A program made the translations under genes and the position numbers. The notes under the pieces are model-generated. The model did not search any database, had not been told where the DNA came from, and worked only from the letters and a program-made list of their open reading frames with translations. A stretch of 31,157 nucleotides of DNA from Macrostomum lignano. Taxonomy: Eukaryota. Shown in pieces: positions 14,671 through 28,254 of this stretch (within the stretch, counting starts at the first letter, position 1; each line of letters opens with the position of its first letter). The DNA lies in assembly GCA_002269645.1 (NCBI GenBank), contig NIVC01004091.1:1-31157 (forward strand), written 5' to 3'.

Positions 14671-14779
14671 GTAAGCGAAACTGTCTGATACTATCTTGCT
14701 GCTTTCCTGACCGTCTAACTGACACCCTGACTCACTTGAGCATGGAAGGCAGGTCATCTCTGATTCCCGTTAGCGGCGG

Positions 14780-15402
14780 TCAGAGCATCCCCAGCTGCTG
14801 CGGCCCCAGCTGCTCCTCCAGCACCGAGGTGGCGCAGTGGTGCTGCTGCAGCGAGTAGGTGGCCAGCGACTCCCGCGGGGACGGCAGCGAGCCCGCCCTG
14901 GAGGCTGCCGAGCCGCCCATCAGGAAGGTCGATGTCGACGTCGACTGTCTGTCGCTTCCGGAGCAGCCACCGACGCCGCTGCCGATGCCGCTGCTGCCGC
15001 ACACGCCGCTGCCACTGCCGCTGCCGTCGATGGAGCCGCAGCGGGGCGGCGAGCCGAGCTGGCTGAGGCAGACGCTGACCGTGTGCGCCCCGCCGCTGCC
15101 CGAGGACGGATGCGGAGACGGCAGCTTCAGCAGCGTCTCGGCCGGCGGGATGACCAGGCAGGTGGCCGGCGGAGAGATCTGCTTGCCCAGCCGCACCCGG
15201 GCCAGGTGCTCCTCTGCCCGGCGCCGCCGACCGCGCAGCCATCGGCGGGTCAGCGTGCAGCTGACGGCCGCCACCAGCGCCAGCAGGAGAGCGACGCCTG
15301 CCGACACGCCAAGCACCGCGGCCTGGCGGGAGCTGAGCTGCGGCAGCAGCGACGGCGAGTCCTCCGCGACCGCGCCGTCGGCTGATGCGTCAGCGGGCTG
15401 CC
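14780..15402 (-). CDS. Internal/terminal exon of a single-pass membrane protein with a Ser/Gly/Pro-rich cytoplasmic tail
   Basis: GC3-rich frame with hydrophobic AAVLGVSAGVALLLALVAAVSCTLT followed by basic stop-transfer RRWLRGRRRR. Acceptor gactcactgaaattccag| at 15403 (phase 1). TGA at 14782-14780. Confidence 0.7.
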
Positions 15403-15426
15403 CTGGAATTTCAGTGAGTCCGTGAG

Positions 15427-16170
15427 CGAATCTCACCCTGCATCCAGCCCGAATCTCACCCTACAGCCAGTCCGAATCTCACCCTGCAGCCAGCCCGAAT
15501 CTCACCCTGCAGCCAGCCCGAATCTCACCCTACAGCCAGCCCGAATCTCACCCTACAGCCAGTCCGAATCTCACCCTGCAGCCAGCCCGAATCTCACCCT
15601 GCAGCCAGCCCGAATCTCACCCTACAGCCAACTTGAATCTCACTCTACAGCCAGCCCGAATCTCACCCTACAGCCAGCTTGAATCTCACCCTGCAGCCAG
15701 ACCGAATCTCACCCTGCAGCCAGACCGAATCTCACCCTGCAGCCAGACCGAATCTCACCCTGCAGCCAGACCGAATCTCACCCTGCAGCCAGACCGAATC
15801 TCACCCTGCAGCCAGCCCGAATCTCACCCTACAGCCAGCCCGAATCTCACCCTACAGCCAGTCCGAATCTCACCCTGCAGCCAGCCCGAATCTCACCCTG
15901 CAGCCAGCCCGAATCTCACCCTACAGCCAACTTGAATCTCACTCTACAGCCAGCCCGAATCTCACCCTACAGCCAGCTTGAATCTCACCCTGCAGCCAGA
16001 CCGAATCTCACCCTGCAGCCAGACCGAATCTCACCCTGCAGCCAGACCGAATCTCACCCTGCAGCCAGACCGAATCTCACCCTGCAGCCAGACCGAATCT
16101 CACCCTGCAGCCAGCCCGAATCTCACCCTGCAGCCAGCCCGAATCACACCCTGCAGCCAGCCCGAATCTC
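15427..16170 (-). repeat. 23-bp minisatellite carrying a donor-like site in nearly every unit (minus strand)
   Basis: gaatc(t/a)c recurs from 15428 to 16164, exactly 32 periods of 23 bp. The minus-strand unit is GATTCGGGCTGGCTGCAGG|GTGA. Confidence 0.95.
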
Positions 16171-16200
16171 CAGAGCTGCTTCAATCTGCAGTCTGGGACT
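16127..16200 (-). CDS. Candidate exon 3' end upstream of the TM exon (VPDCRLKQLWRFGLAAGCDSGWLQG)
   Basis: Open frame ending in the phase-1 donor CAGG|GTGAGA at 16126, in frame with the 15403 acceptor. The 5' boundary was not determined. Confidence 0.3.
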
Positions 16201-16854
16201 CCAGCATTGGATTAAGTTGATCGGCAAATCAGAAAAGTGCTCAGCTGAGCAGCCGTGCTCTCAGTTTATTTATTACCCCTCCAGAACACGGAAGACTTTG
16301 TCTGGCTGGGATAAATGGCTCCCCGAAGGCTCAAATCTCGAACTCGCAGTGCCGCAGGATCAAAGCAGAGGGGAACTCGGCGGGGGCAGAGGAGGCAGCG
16401 ATATCCCTACTCAAGCTACTCATCCATTAATCGCAGACCGCAGCCAAGAGTAATCCCGCGGAATTCCGTCCCCAGTTCCCGTGTTCCCCCGCTTGCTCAA
16501 GCAATTCCAGCTGAGCAACATCGGCCTTCGAGTTTGCTGAGGCAATTTTGAGTCTTGGACGAGAATTATCCAACTTCAGCTCTGCGGGGCTCTCAGTTTT
16601 AGAGCCCGTTTTGAACTCAAACTGCTCTCAGTGCGTGATACTCAACTGAGCACTTCAAACTGTCCGAACTGAATTTGAGAGGGGGGTTGCCGCCCAAGCT
16701 CCGGTTTGTCAGATAAAGCTACTGGGCCTTCAAACTTTTCAACTCTGAGAGGCTGAGTCTTGTCTTAATTGGTTGGGAGTGTGAATTCAGATTAGGAAAT
16801 AAAAGCTGATTGCGATTTAGTTGGATATCCTCATCCGTGTGTATGAATCCGCCT

Positions 16855-17267
16855 CAGCTCCAACCAGTGTGTGTCTATGGCTCCAGCTCAGTTCCAACCT
16901 GTGTGTGTCTATGGCTCCAGCTCAGTTCCAACCTGTGTGTCTATGGCTCCAGCTCAGTTCCAACCAGTGTGTGTCTATGGCTCCAGCTCAGTTCCAACCA
17001 GTGTGTGTCTATGGCTCCAGCTCAGTTCCAACCAGTGTGTGTCTATGGCTCCAGCTCAGTTCCAACCAGAGTGTGTGTCTATGGCTCCAGCTCAGTTCCA
17101 ACCAGTGTGTGTCTATGGCTCCAGCTCAGTTCCAACCAGTGTGTGTCTATGGCTCCAGCTCAGTTCCAACCAGTGTGTGTCTATGGCTCCAGCTCAGTTC
17201 CAACCATGCAGTGTGTGTCTATGGCTCCAGCTCAGTTCCAACCAGTGTGTGTCTATGGCTCCAGCTC
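16855..17267. repeat. ~34-bp minisatellite, 12 units (ctatggctccagctcagttccaaccagtgtgtgt)
   Basis: ctatgg at 16875, 16909, 16941, 16975 ... 17253. Confidence 0.95.
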
Positions 17268-17563
17268 ATCTCAGTGTCAATTTCATCCGGCCAGAGCTGC
17301 TGCAGGTTGGCTAAATTCCATTTGGATTTTCCTGTCCGCCTCTCATTTCCAGCGGTAATAGGAAATATGCTAATTAGTGCTGCATGATTATGCTAATTAG
17401 CCGGTGGTCCCTTTGCGCCCTGATAATCTGGGGCGTCCTTAGAAGGCTTAACAGACTCCATTTGCATGCCAGTGCTAGGCAATTCTGTTGTCGGCTTCTA
17501 CCTAATCTGACTGGCTGTTGTACTTGATTCTGAACTTGACGGGTAGGCATGGGCCAACGTGTG

Positions 17564-17657
17564 CATCAAGCTGCAGTCCAAACTGCCAATCCCATCATCC
17601 AGCTGCAGTAAAAACTGCCAATCCCATCATCAAGCTGCAGTCCAAACTGCCAATCCC
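17564..17657. repeat. 32-bp tandem repeat, 3 units
   Basis: catcaagctgcagtccaaactgccaatccc at 17564, 17596, 17628. Confidence 0.9.
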
Positions 17658-17684
17658 GTCCACCAAACCATGGAGGAGACTCAC

Positions 17685-17849
17685 GAGTCGGGTCGCTTGG
17701 CTCAGCATCTCTTGAGTTGCTCCGTCTCGATGGTGGTTGAGTTGGTGGCCTTTCGGGCTCGGGCTCCGGGCCATAGACTACCGTGGGGATCCGCTGCCGG
17801 TCTTCCGGCAGGTCGGTTCGCTTGCTGGGGTCATAGCCTTTCTTGGGCA
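17685..17849 (-). CDS. Candidate symmetric phase-1 exon (PKKGYDPSKRTDLPEDRQRIPTVVYGPEPEPERPPTQPPSRRSNSRDAEPSDPT), probably of the TM-protein gene
   Basis: Acceptor cctaattttgctaatttcag| and donor CTC|GTGAGT. 165 nt, open, phase 1-1. Confidence 0.5.
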
Positions 17850-19473
17850 CTGAAATTAGCAAAATTAGGAACTGGATTGGTTGTAGTTTGGATGGGAGAA
17901 AGCGGGATGACCTCAGTTGACCCGATATAAGCCCTAACCCTAACCCAACCCCAGCCCCAGCAAATCGTGCAAAAATAGTTAAGGCTGATTATTAAAATGT
18001 CTGTATCTCTGAATCAGTTGCATGTAGAAGGTTAATTTTTTCGACAGATTGTTCGGATTTTTGTCCCCTACCAAGTAAGTCAGTTAGTTTAGCTTCCCAC
18101 TAGATGTAGATGCAAGAAAATCCTGTACAATGGAGACACCCTATTTTTAGGCGTATGGTAGCGATTCAAATCTTCATGTTTAGGAAGCAAAATTAATAAA
18201 GTAGCCGAAAATCTTGAGCGCATTTTTTGTGAATACGCTCTTAGTTTCATTAGTGACGTTTCTGAAAATATATTGGAGTCTGGAGATCATATACAGAACC
18301 CGCATACTTTGGTCTACTATATCCTTTAAAATCTTTCTCACAAGATGGCTAGTCAGAAAAAATGAGTGAGAAGAAAAAGCAAAACATCACAAAGCAGACC
18401 CTGTTTTAACATTCTTCTGTTCTTTATAATCTTGTAAATTGAAGTGGCTTGCGAGTGGCAGTAGAATTTAGCAAACAAGCAGACTTGTTGAGTTTATTTG
18501 CTTATAGCTCAAATTATAAACAGCAGTCTGTCTGGCACAAAATTGACGAGGTATGATAAACTATATTGAGGAAATTTTATTGTTGGTACAGCAGTGTTAC
18601 AAAGTGATATAACAGTACTGAGCAAAGAAAACGAAATAATAAATAACAAACAAGCAAATGCATCAAAATTCTTTTAACAAATTTAGCATAGTAAAAGAAT
18701 GATTCATAAGCAGTGTTGGGATCATGTGTACAAATGGTACATGTATGCTGACAAATCCTGTCACTCTAAACATCAAAATCAAGTTTAGGAAGCATTAGAA
18801 TTAGCTGGTCTGTCACCTTAGTCACCTGTGGAAGCTGCAGGACCTGACCTAGGCATCTCAGTTCTGGATATCCAAGAGCATCACAGGAGCTTGAACAAAA
18901 GTTTTCACTTGGGCCTCAAGTTGTAATTAAATTCCATCCTAGCCAGATATTACCAGTAGTGTAGTTGCTTGTATATCTTGGCAAATAAAACTTCATTGGC
19001 CTAACAACTGGTCAGCAATGAAATAAAGTTAAAAATGAAAAAAATGAACTCTATGATTAATATTTACTTGAGCTTTATCATTTCCTCCATATAATAAAAA
19101 TATTATATTATATATATAGGCCCTAATAATTTCAGACAAGTACTACTGAACTACTCAACCTTTAATTATAAAATTTTAACTTAATTTATTAAAATAGTTT
19201 GCTGATAAACATTTTTAAGATCTCAATAAGTTGATTATTAAAAAATTAAAAATATATATATGACTGCTATCAATTAGGGCCTAAATCTAGAGATGTCAAT
19301 TCCCTGGAAAATTTGTACTACAGGGACATAAATATTCTTTTATCCTCTCCTTCCTTTCACTTTTCTTTTTATCCTTTTCCTTTTTTCTTCTATCTTCAAT
19401 TTTATCCCAACTATCTTTCCAATTATTCTTTCACTTCCTTTTTCTTATCTCACTTCTTTTTCTTCTGTCACAG

Positions 19474-19527
19474 GGCTCCTGGGTAGTCTATTAGAATCTC
19501 ACTGATGTCACTAAAATCTGTTGTAAG
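19474..19527 (+). other. Candidate 54-nt non-coding (5'UTR) exon, possibly of the CK1 gene
   Basis: ~130-nt polypyrimidine tract ending tctgtcacag| and a strong donor AAG|GTGAGA. Stops in all three frames. Confidence 0.4.
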
Positions 19528-22399
19528 GTGAGATTACTGACTCCTATTCTATCAAATTATCACAAGGGTTTTAATTGGGGGAAAAAAGAAAGATGCAAAT
19601 TCTACTACTGACAGGAGTAAGCCTTGGGTTGCTCCTGGTGGCGTGGTGTGTCCGAGCGGCAAGACACTGTCTATATCTCTATTCAGTCCAAGTATTTAGA
19701 GGGGGGAAGAGTAAGGGCTTTTCGATGGATCAGAGTGCCTGGGAAACTGGCGCATTAGTGGGGAATTTCTAATAACTAATAGGGTATGCTAGCATGAGTA
19801 GGCAAAGCGTCTAATATCGCTTTAGGTAAGAAGGCAGTACGCCTAATATATATGGGAGATAGGGAAGGATAGGGATGTTTGAGCAAGGATCAGACTATAA
19901 GTCTGAGGGAATAAGGCTGTACACGTGTGCAGACAGACTGTCCACTTAAGGGGGAGAGGGCAGAAGGGGGCGGGCATCAGTTCCGCTGGGAACAGGAGAG
20001 GGGAGAGGAGGCAATTACTCAGAGTAGGACTGAGCGTCCTGGGAGCAGAGAATAGGGGGATGAGTGTTGCACATGGCTAACTGTACAAGCTTCGCGAGAG
20101 GGAAGGCGGAGCGCCTTCAAATGACTAAGACTGGGCTATTTTTAGAACAATGTTCAGTTACAAAGCCTCAATTATAGATAGGCTAGGGGAGGTTGAAGGC
20201 AAGACCAGACAAGTCAAGCCAGGCAGCGGAAGATGCTCCTCTTTCAGTTTATTCTTTTGGTTATATACAAAATATAACCATAATGGCGTACGCATTAAAA
20301 CTAATAAAAACACTAGGTTATACTTTGAGCTACTAAACAATACTAAGAGTTACTATTAATGGAATAAAAGATTTATTTATGCAGGCACAAAGATGTTTTT
20401 AGCAATTTAGAAAAATAGTCTTATTTATTAAGGCAGTATACATAAAATGATAGGCAGAAAAGTGACTCTTACACTTCTTTTCTCCTCTTCTAGCCTATCA
20501 TCAGAGCTAGATTCTCTATTAAGCCCTTGAGGTAAAAGTTTTCCAACCCTTGCTATACGTAATCTGAATGTGTTCTTGACTATATAACTGCTAGTGCAGT
20601 AATAGTACCATGTAGAGTGTAAAAATCATTGGGAAACAAAATAAACAAAAAATAAAAACCTAGGTTTTTTGCTGGCACTACACTAGGTCTATGTCTAGGA
20701 TGCAATATGAAATTGTATCCAAGGTCCAAGTTCAAAATGCAATTAAGAAAGATACTGTACAATAAGGATACTGTCGAATAGACAATAAACTAATAGAACG
20801 AGATTTAAGTGGTGCAGAAAGGAAGAGAGGGGAAAGAAGTGAAGGGCCTAAGCCGCGGGTTGAAGTTGTATTTATACTAACAATAATGAACAGGCCAGCC
20901 AAATTGTCTGTGGTAAATGAACGGTTACGATAGTCTGTGGGAAAGGCATGGTAGACAAAGGGAGATGGCTAACTTAAAAGTACAAGGTAATAGAAAGTAC
21001 AAATATTTGGAGGATGGAAATCCGACAGATACTATAACTTAAGGATACCTTAGCCAAGGTTTTTTTGCTAAGCCTAGTACTAAGATACTAAATTATAGGT
21101 CTAACTTGAAGTTGCAATTTTGAAAGTCAAGATAATATAACATCTTTATCATATAGCTAAAGCATAAACCTAGGAAAGAATTGCTAAATACTAAGAGAAA
21201 TAATAAGATAACCCAAAAATTAAATAAAAACAATCTTATTTAATAAGATTGCTAAATCCTTAGCAATAAGGATAAGGTATCATTAATTTTATTTAAAAAC
21301 TTCTCAAAACAAATAAAGTTTTATTTTAGACCCTAATTATTATTCTAGGCCTAGGTTCATTGTCATTGATTGCCTGTGTCCCAAAACCTTGGCTTAGGAT
21401 CAAAAACCCTAAATTTTTTTGAGTTTCAAATTTATAATAAAGTTTTAATAAATAGCCCTAGGCCATACTTTGCAGGTATGTGATCAATAAAAAAGAAGTT
21501 AGTTAAGGCAGTTAGGGTTATGACTAGCCTAGCTAGAAATCAGATAAGTCTAGACCTATGAAGTATTTACTAAGCCTACTAGGTTCCCAGTCAATCAACA
21601 TTTGTCCTTAGTCATAAGGCCTACCTAGCTGGCCTACTAGTCATAAGTAATGTAAAAAAATGGTAAATAACCAAAAAATATGACTCAACCACAAAATAAT
21701 ATAATTTAGCTAAGTGTTTTTGGTTACATACTGCAAAATTTTGGAAATTAATAGCCCTAGGCCTCTGCAAACAGCACATTATGTTGAAAATCATGCAATT
21801 CGTCTATCTCACTAATGTATACAAGAATAAAAATCAGCCTTCAACTATTTTCACATGAATCAAGAGTGTTATATCCTATATAACAAAGTGTTCCTAGTGG
21901 TCCTTGTCATTTTATTTATTAGTTATGTTGCATAACATTGACCTAGCAAGTATTGGAAAATATTTCTAAAAATAGTGCTATAAGAAACACGAATTTTTAG
22001 TAGTGTTCAATTTAGAACCCAGCAATTACTAGAAGAGAGCCAAAAACAGTATTGTATAGATAGGGTCGTTATTGAACTAAAATTATTGTTAAATTTGCTG
22101 TCATTACTATGTATTATAATCAATTAAGTTAATAATTAAGTTATTAAGTTAATTTATTTTGCTTGTAATAAACCTAAAGTGAAATTATCAGTTAACGATA
22201 GTTACTAAAGTCTTAGTTAACAATTTTTATTTTGTGCTTTTTAATTTTGTTTAGTCAATTGTTGGGTCAAATTGTTAGTTGCGTATATAGATGCAGATGC
22301 ATCAGCTTAGAGATATTTCAAAATACAATTAAAAACCCTGCTCCCCACAGCCAGCAGCGCAGAGACCGCCTTTAAGCAGCAGCTCCTGTCGCCAGTCCC

Positions 22400-25537
<3,138 letters not shown>

Positions 25538-25821
25538 TGGACTCCGGCAATTTGTCATGTATTTCATTTCAAATACAATTTATATTTCCTACAGTCGCGG
25601 TGCTGCAAAAAAAATCTGTCAACTGCATTTTAGAAAGGAACTTTGATTTTGTAAAATCCGACAGACAAGTTTTTTGTGCCTTGCTTTTTTCATTTGTTTT
25701 GGGGCTGTGATCAGCATCTCCCCTTCATCATGAGCGACCAGCATCTCTTTACCATGAATTACAGCAGCTCCTTTTCATCATTAGGGACCATGCAGTATCA
25801 TTATTTTGCCTGTCACATTAG

Positions 25822-25822
<1 letters not shown>

Positions 25823-25893
<71 letters not shown>

Positions 25894-25954
25894 GTGTCTG
25901 TCTGTCTGTCTGTCTATCTGTCTGTCTGCCTGTCTGTCTGTCTGTCTGTTTGTG

Positions 25955-25985
<31 letters not shown>

Positions 25986-25986
25986 G

Positions 25987-26021
<35 letters not shown>

Positions 26022-26086
26022 GTGTCTGTCTGTCTGTCTGTCTATCTGTCTGTCTGCCTGTCTGTCTGTCTGTCTGTCTGTTTGTG

Positions 26087-26125
<39 letters not shown>

Positions 26126-26131
26126 GTCTGT
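25823..26131 (+). repeat. (TCTG)n microsatellite, duplicate
   Basis: Same length and interruption pattern as copy 1. Confidence 0.98.
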
Positions 26132-26717
26132 ATTTTCTAACTGAATCTGTTTCATTTGCTCTATGAGATTGTCTGTGAACTCATTTCCGAACGCTTATAT
26201 CTACTCTGCGACCAAATGTGCTGGGCGCATTTGGAAATGCAACTTGCGACCTGAAAACTGCAGCTCTAGGAAACTTCGCTATTATTTCTAGGATGACGGG
26301 AACCGCTCGCTGGCTTTTAGTTTTCGGCTACGGCGGGGCTGAGTTGCGTAGCTTAACAAGGTTTTCATCCCCAGAGGAAAAATTATTTTCAACTGCTTCC
26401 GTTACTAGGCAAAACAGCTCACCCATCTCACCCCAGGCTCTTCAACTGAAACGGACTGCACACGTTAGTGGACACAATTGGATATGGGCTTATCAGGGCT
26501 GCAATATGCTTTATTGTTTCAGTGAGAACTTGCAGGCATGAGTCCTTGGGCCCAGTTATGCCATCTGTCTCGTACACGATGAGCCCGCGCGTGTCGCATC
26601 CCCTCCATGTAGCTGTCGCAACGCCCACGTCCTCAAACTATGGTTTGGCAAAATGCATAAAGCAGCTTGCGGAGGCAGAAGCCTCTCTCAATAGAAAAAC
26701 ATTTCAAAGCGCTGACA

Positions 26718-27421
26718 ATGCAGGCCTCATCAATTCTGCCGCTTCTCTGTTGCTGCATCGCCTTCGGCTACTCGCTGGCCACCACTGAGTTCACTTTCAT
26801 GGGCTGCTTTGCAGACAGTGACCCCAGGGACCTTGACGGCCTGGCAGGACACTCCACCATCGGGCCCTACTCAGTGCAGGGTTTGCTTGTGCCATCCAGC
26901 TCGATGACTCTGGGGCTGTGCGACAAAGTCTGCAGCTACGGCAACTTTCACTACTTTGGAACTCAGTATGCAGAAACATGCTTCTGCAGCAACTTGTACG
27001 GCAGGTATGGCTCTGCACCCGGTAGCGACTGCAACATGAACTGCCGTGGCAACGCCTCGCAAATCTGCGGAGGCGCTCATCGAAATTCCGTGTACCGTCT
27101 GGCCCGCTCTCACCCAGGCAAGTGCAACCCAGCTGAGTGTCTTCTCTAGTGGCTAAAGCCTTTCCAGGATTTTTCTCGCTTATCTTTCTTTCAGTTGCCA
27201 AGCGTTTCAACTCTGCTGACCGGGTCTACCTGAACCTGACCTCTGCCGGGCCGATGTACCGCACCGTGCAGCCCGTCAGGAGCCTGGCTGACTGTCTGGT
27301 TCAATGCGTTGTCAACTGCCAGGCCGTGCTGTTTCACCTGGACGCCTGCCACCTGCTGAAATTCGCCGTTCTGCCGCACGAGCTGGAGACCGTGGCTGGG
27401 GAATTCCTCGTTGGCATCTGA
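26718..27421 (+). CDS. Secreted WSC-domain + PAN/apple-like protein, 208 aa, 2 exons
   Basis: Exon 26718-27117: signal-peptide-like MQASSILPLLCCCIAFGYSLA, then the WSC pattern FMGCFAD..R.L...MTLGLCDKVC...YFGTQYAETCFC...CNMNCRGNASQICGG..RNSVY. Intron 27118-27194 (CAG|GCAAGT ... tttctttcag|, phase 1/1). Exon 27195-27421: SLADCLVQCVVNCQAVLFHLDACHLL (PAN-like Cys spacing). Confidence 0.85.
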
Positions 27422-27428
27422 GGCTCCG

Positions 27429-27807
27429 GACATGAGAATCGGGCACATGAGAATTGGGGACTTGAGAATCGGGCACATGCGAATCAGGCACATGAGAATC
27501 AGGCACATCAGAATCGGGCACATGAGAATCGGGCACATGCGAATCGGGCACATGAGAATCAGGCACATCAGAATCGGGCACATGAGAATTGGCGACTTGA
27601 GAATCGGGCACATGAGAATCGGGCACATGCGAATCGGGCACATGAGAATCAGGCACATCAGAATCGGGCACATGAGAATTGGCGACTTGAGAATCGGGCA
27701 CATGAGAATTGGTGACTTGAGAATCGGGCACATGAGAATCGGGTACATGCAAATCGGGCACATGAGAATTGGGGACTTGAGAATCGAGCACATGAGAATC
27801 GGGGACT
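27429..27807 (+). repeat. 15-bp minisatellite, duplicate
   Basis: Same as 7270-7648. Confidence 0.95.
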
Positions 27808-27844
27808 GCATAACCTGCTGCAGGGAGCCTTGTTTGCTTTAGTT

Positions 27845-28254
27845 AACTCTGTGGTTAAGCGCTGTGTTTTCAGAGATTTTTTATATTCTAAGCCTTTATC
27901 TCTGTGGTTAAGCGTTGTTTTTTAGAAATGTTTGATATTTTAAGCCCGTGTTTATCTCTGTGGTTAAGCGTTGTTTTTTAGAAATGTTTGATATTTTAAG
28001 CCCGTGTTTATCTCTGTGGTTAAGCGTTGTTTTTTAGAAATGTTTGATATTTTAAGCCCGTGTTTATCTCTGTGGTTAATCGCTATTTTTTAGAAATGCC
28101 TGATATTTTAAGCCCGTGTTTATCTGTGTGGTTAATCGCTATTTTTTAGAAATGCCTGATATTTTAAGCCCGTGTTTATCTGTGTGGTGAAGAGCTGTGT
28201 TTTCAGAAATTTTAGATATTTTAAGCCCGTGTTTATCTCTGCGGTTAAATCTGC
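27845..28254 (+). repeat. 56-bp tandem repeat, duplicate
   Basis: Same as 7686-8095. Confidence 0.92.

Noticed and set aside
13662-14757. 265-327 aa SDCQDVRLSGCQTVRM ORFs
   Set aside because: The 16-bp minisatellite is open in all three minus frames and lies between good splice sites, so it is intronic.
14837-15425. + strand ORFs 14837-15385 and 14859-15425, and minus ORF 14754-15242
   Set aside because: Alternative or antisense frames of the GC-rich TM exon; they lack the TM and stop-transfer pattern and matching splice phases.
15427-17267. CRISPR-like appearance of regular repeats
   Set aside because: Units are contiguous with no unique spacers, the context is eukaryotic, and there are no cas genes.
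12747-17387. Other repeat ORFs (QTVWVRQCGSD, NLTLQPARISP, MAPAQFQPVC types)
   Set aside because: Translations of the 14-, 23- and 34-bp arrays.
19600-20760. Possible second, heavily decayed LINE on the minus strand (KNLGF, W..RYRQC, cccaaggct...gtcagtagta echoes)
   Set aside because: Only 3-5 residue or ~9-nt matches and no recognisable RT or RNase H core; too weak without an HMM search.
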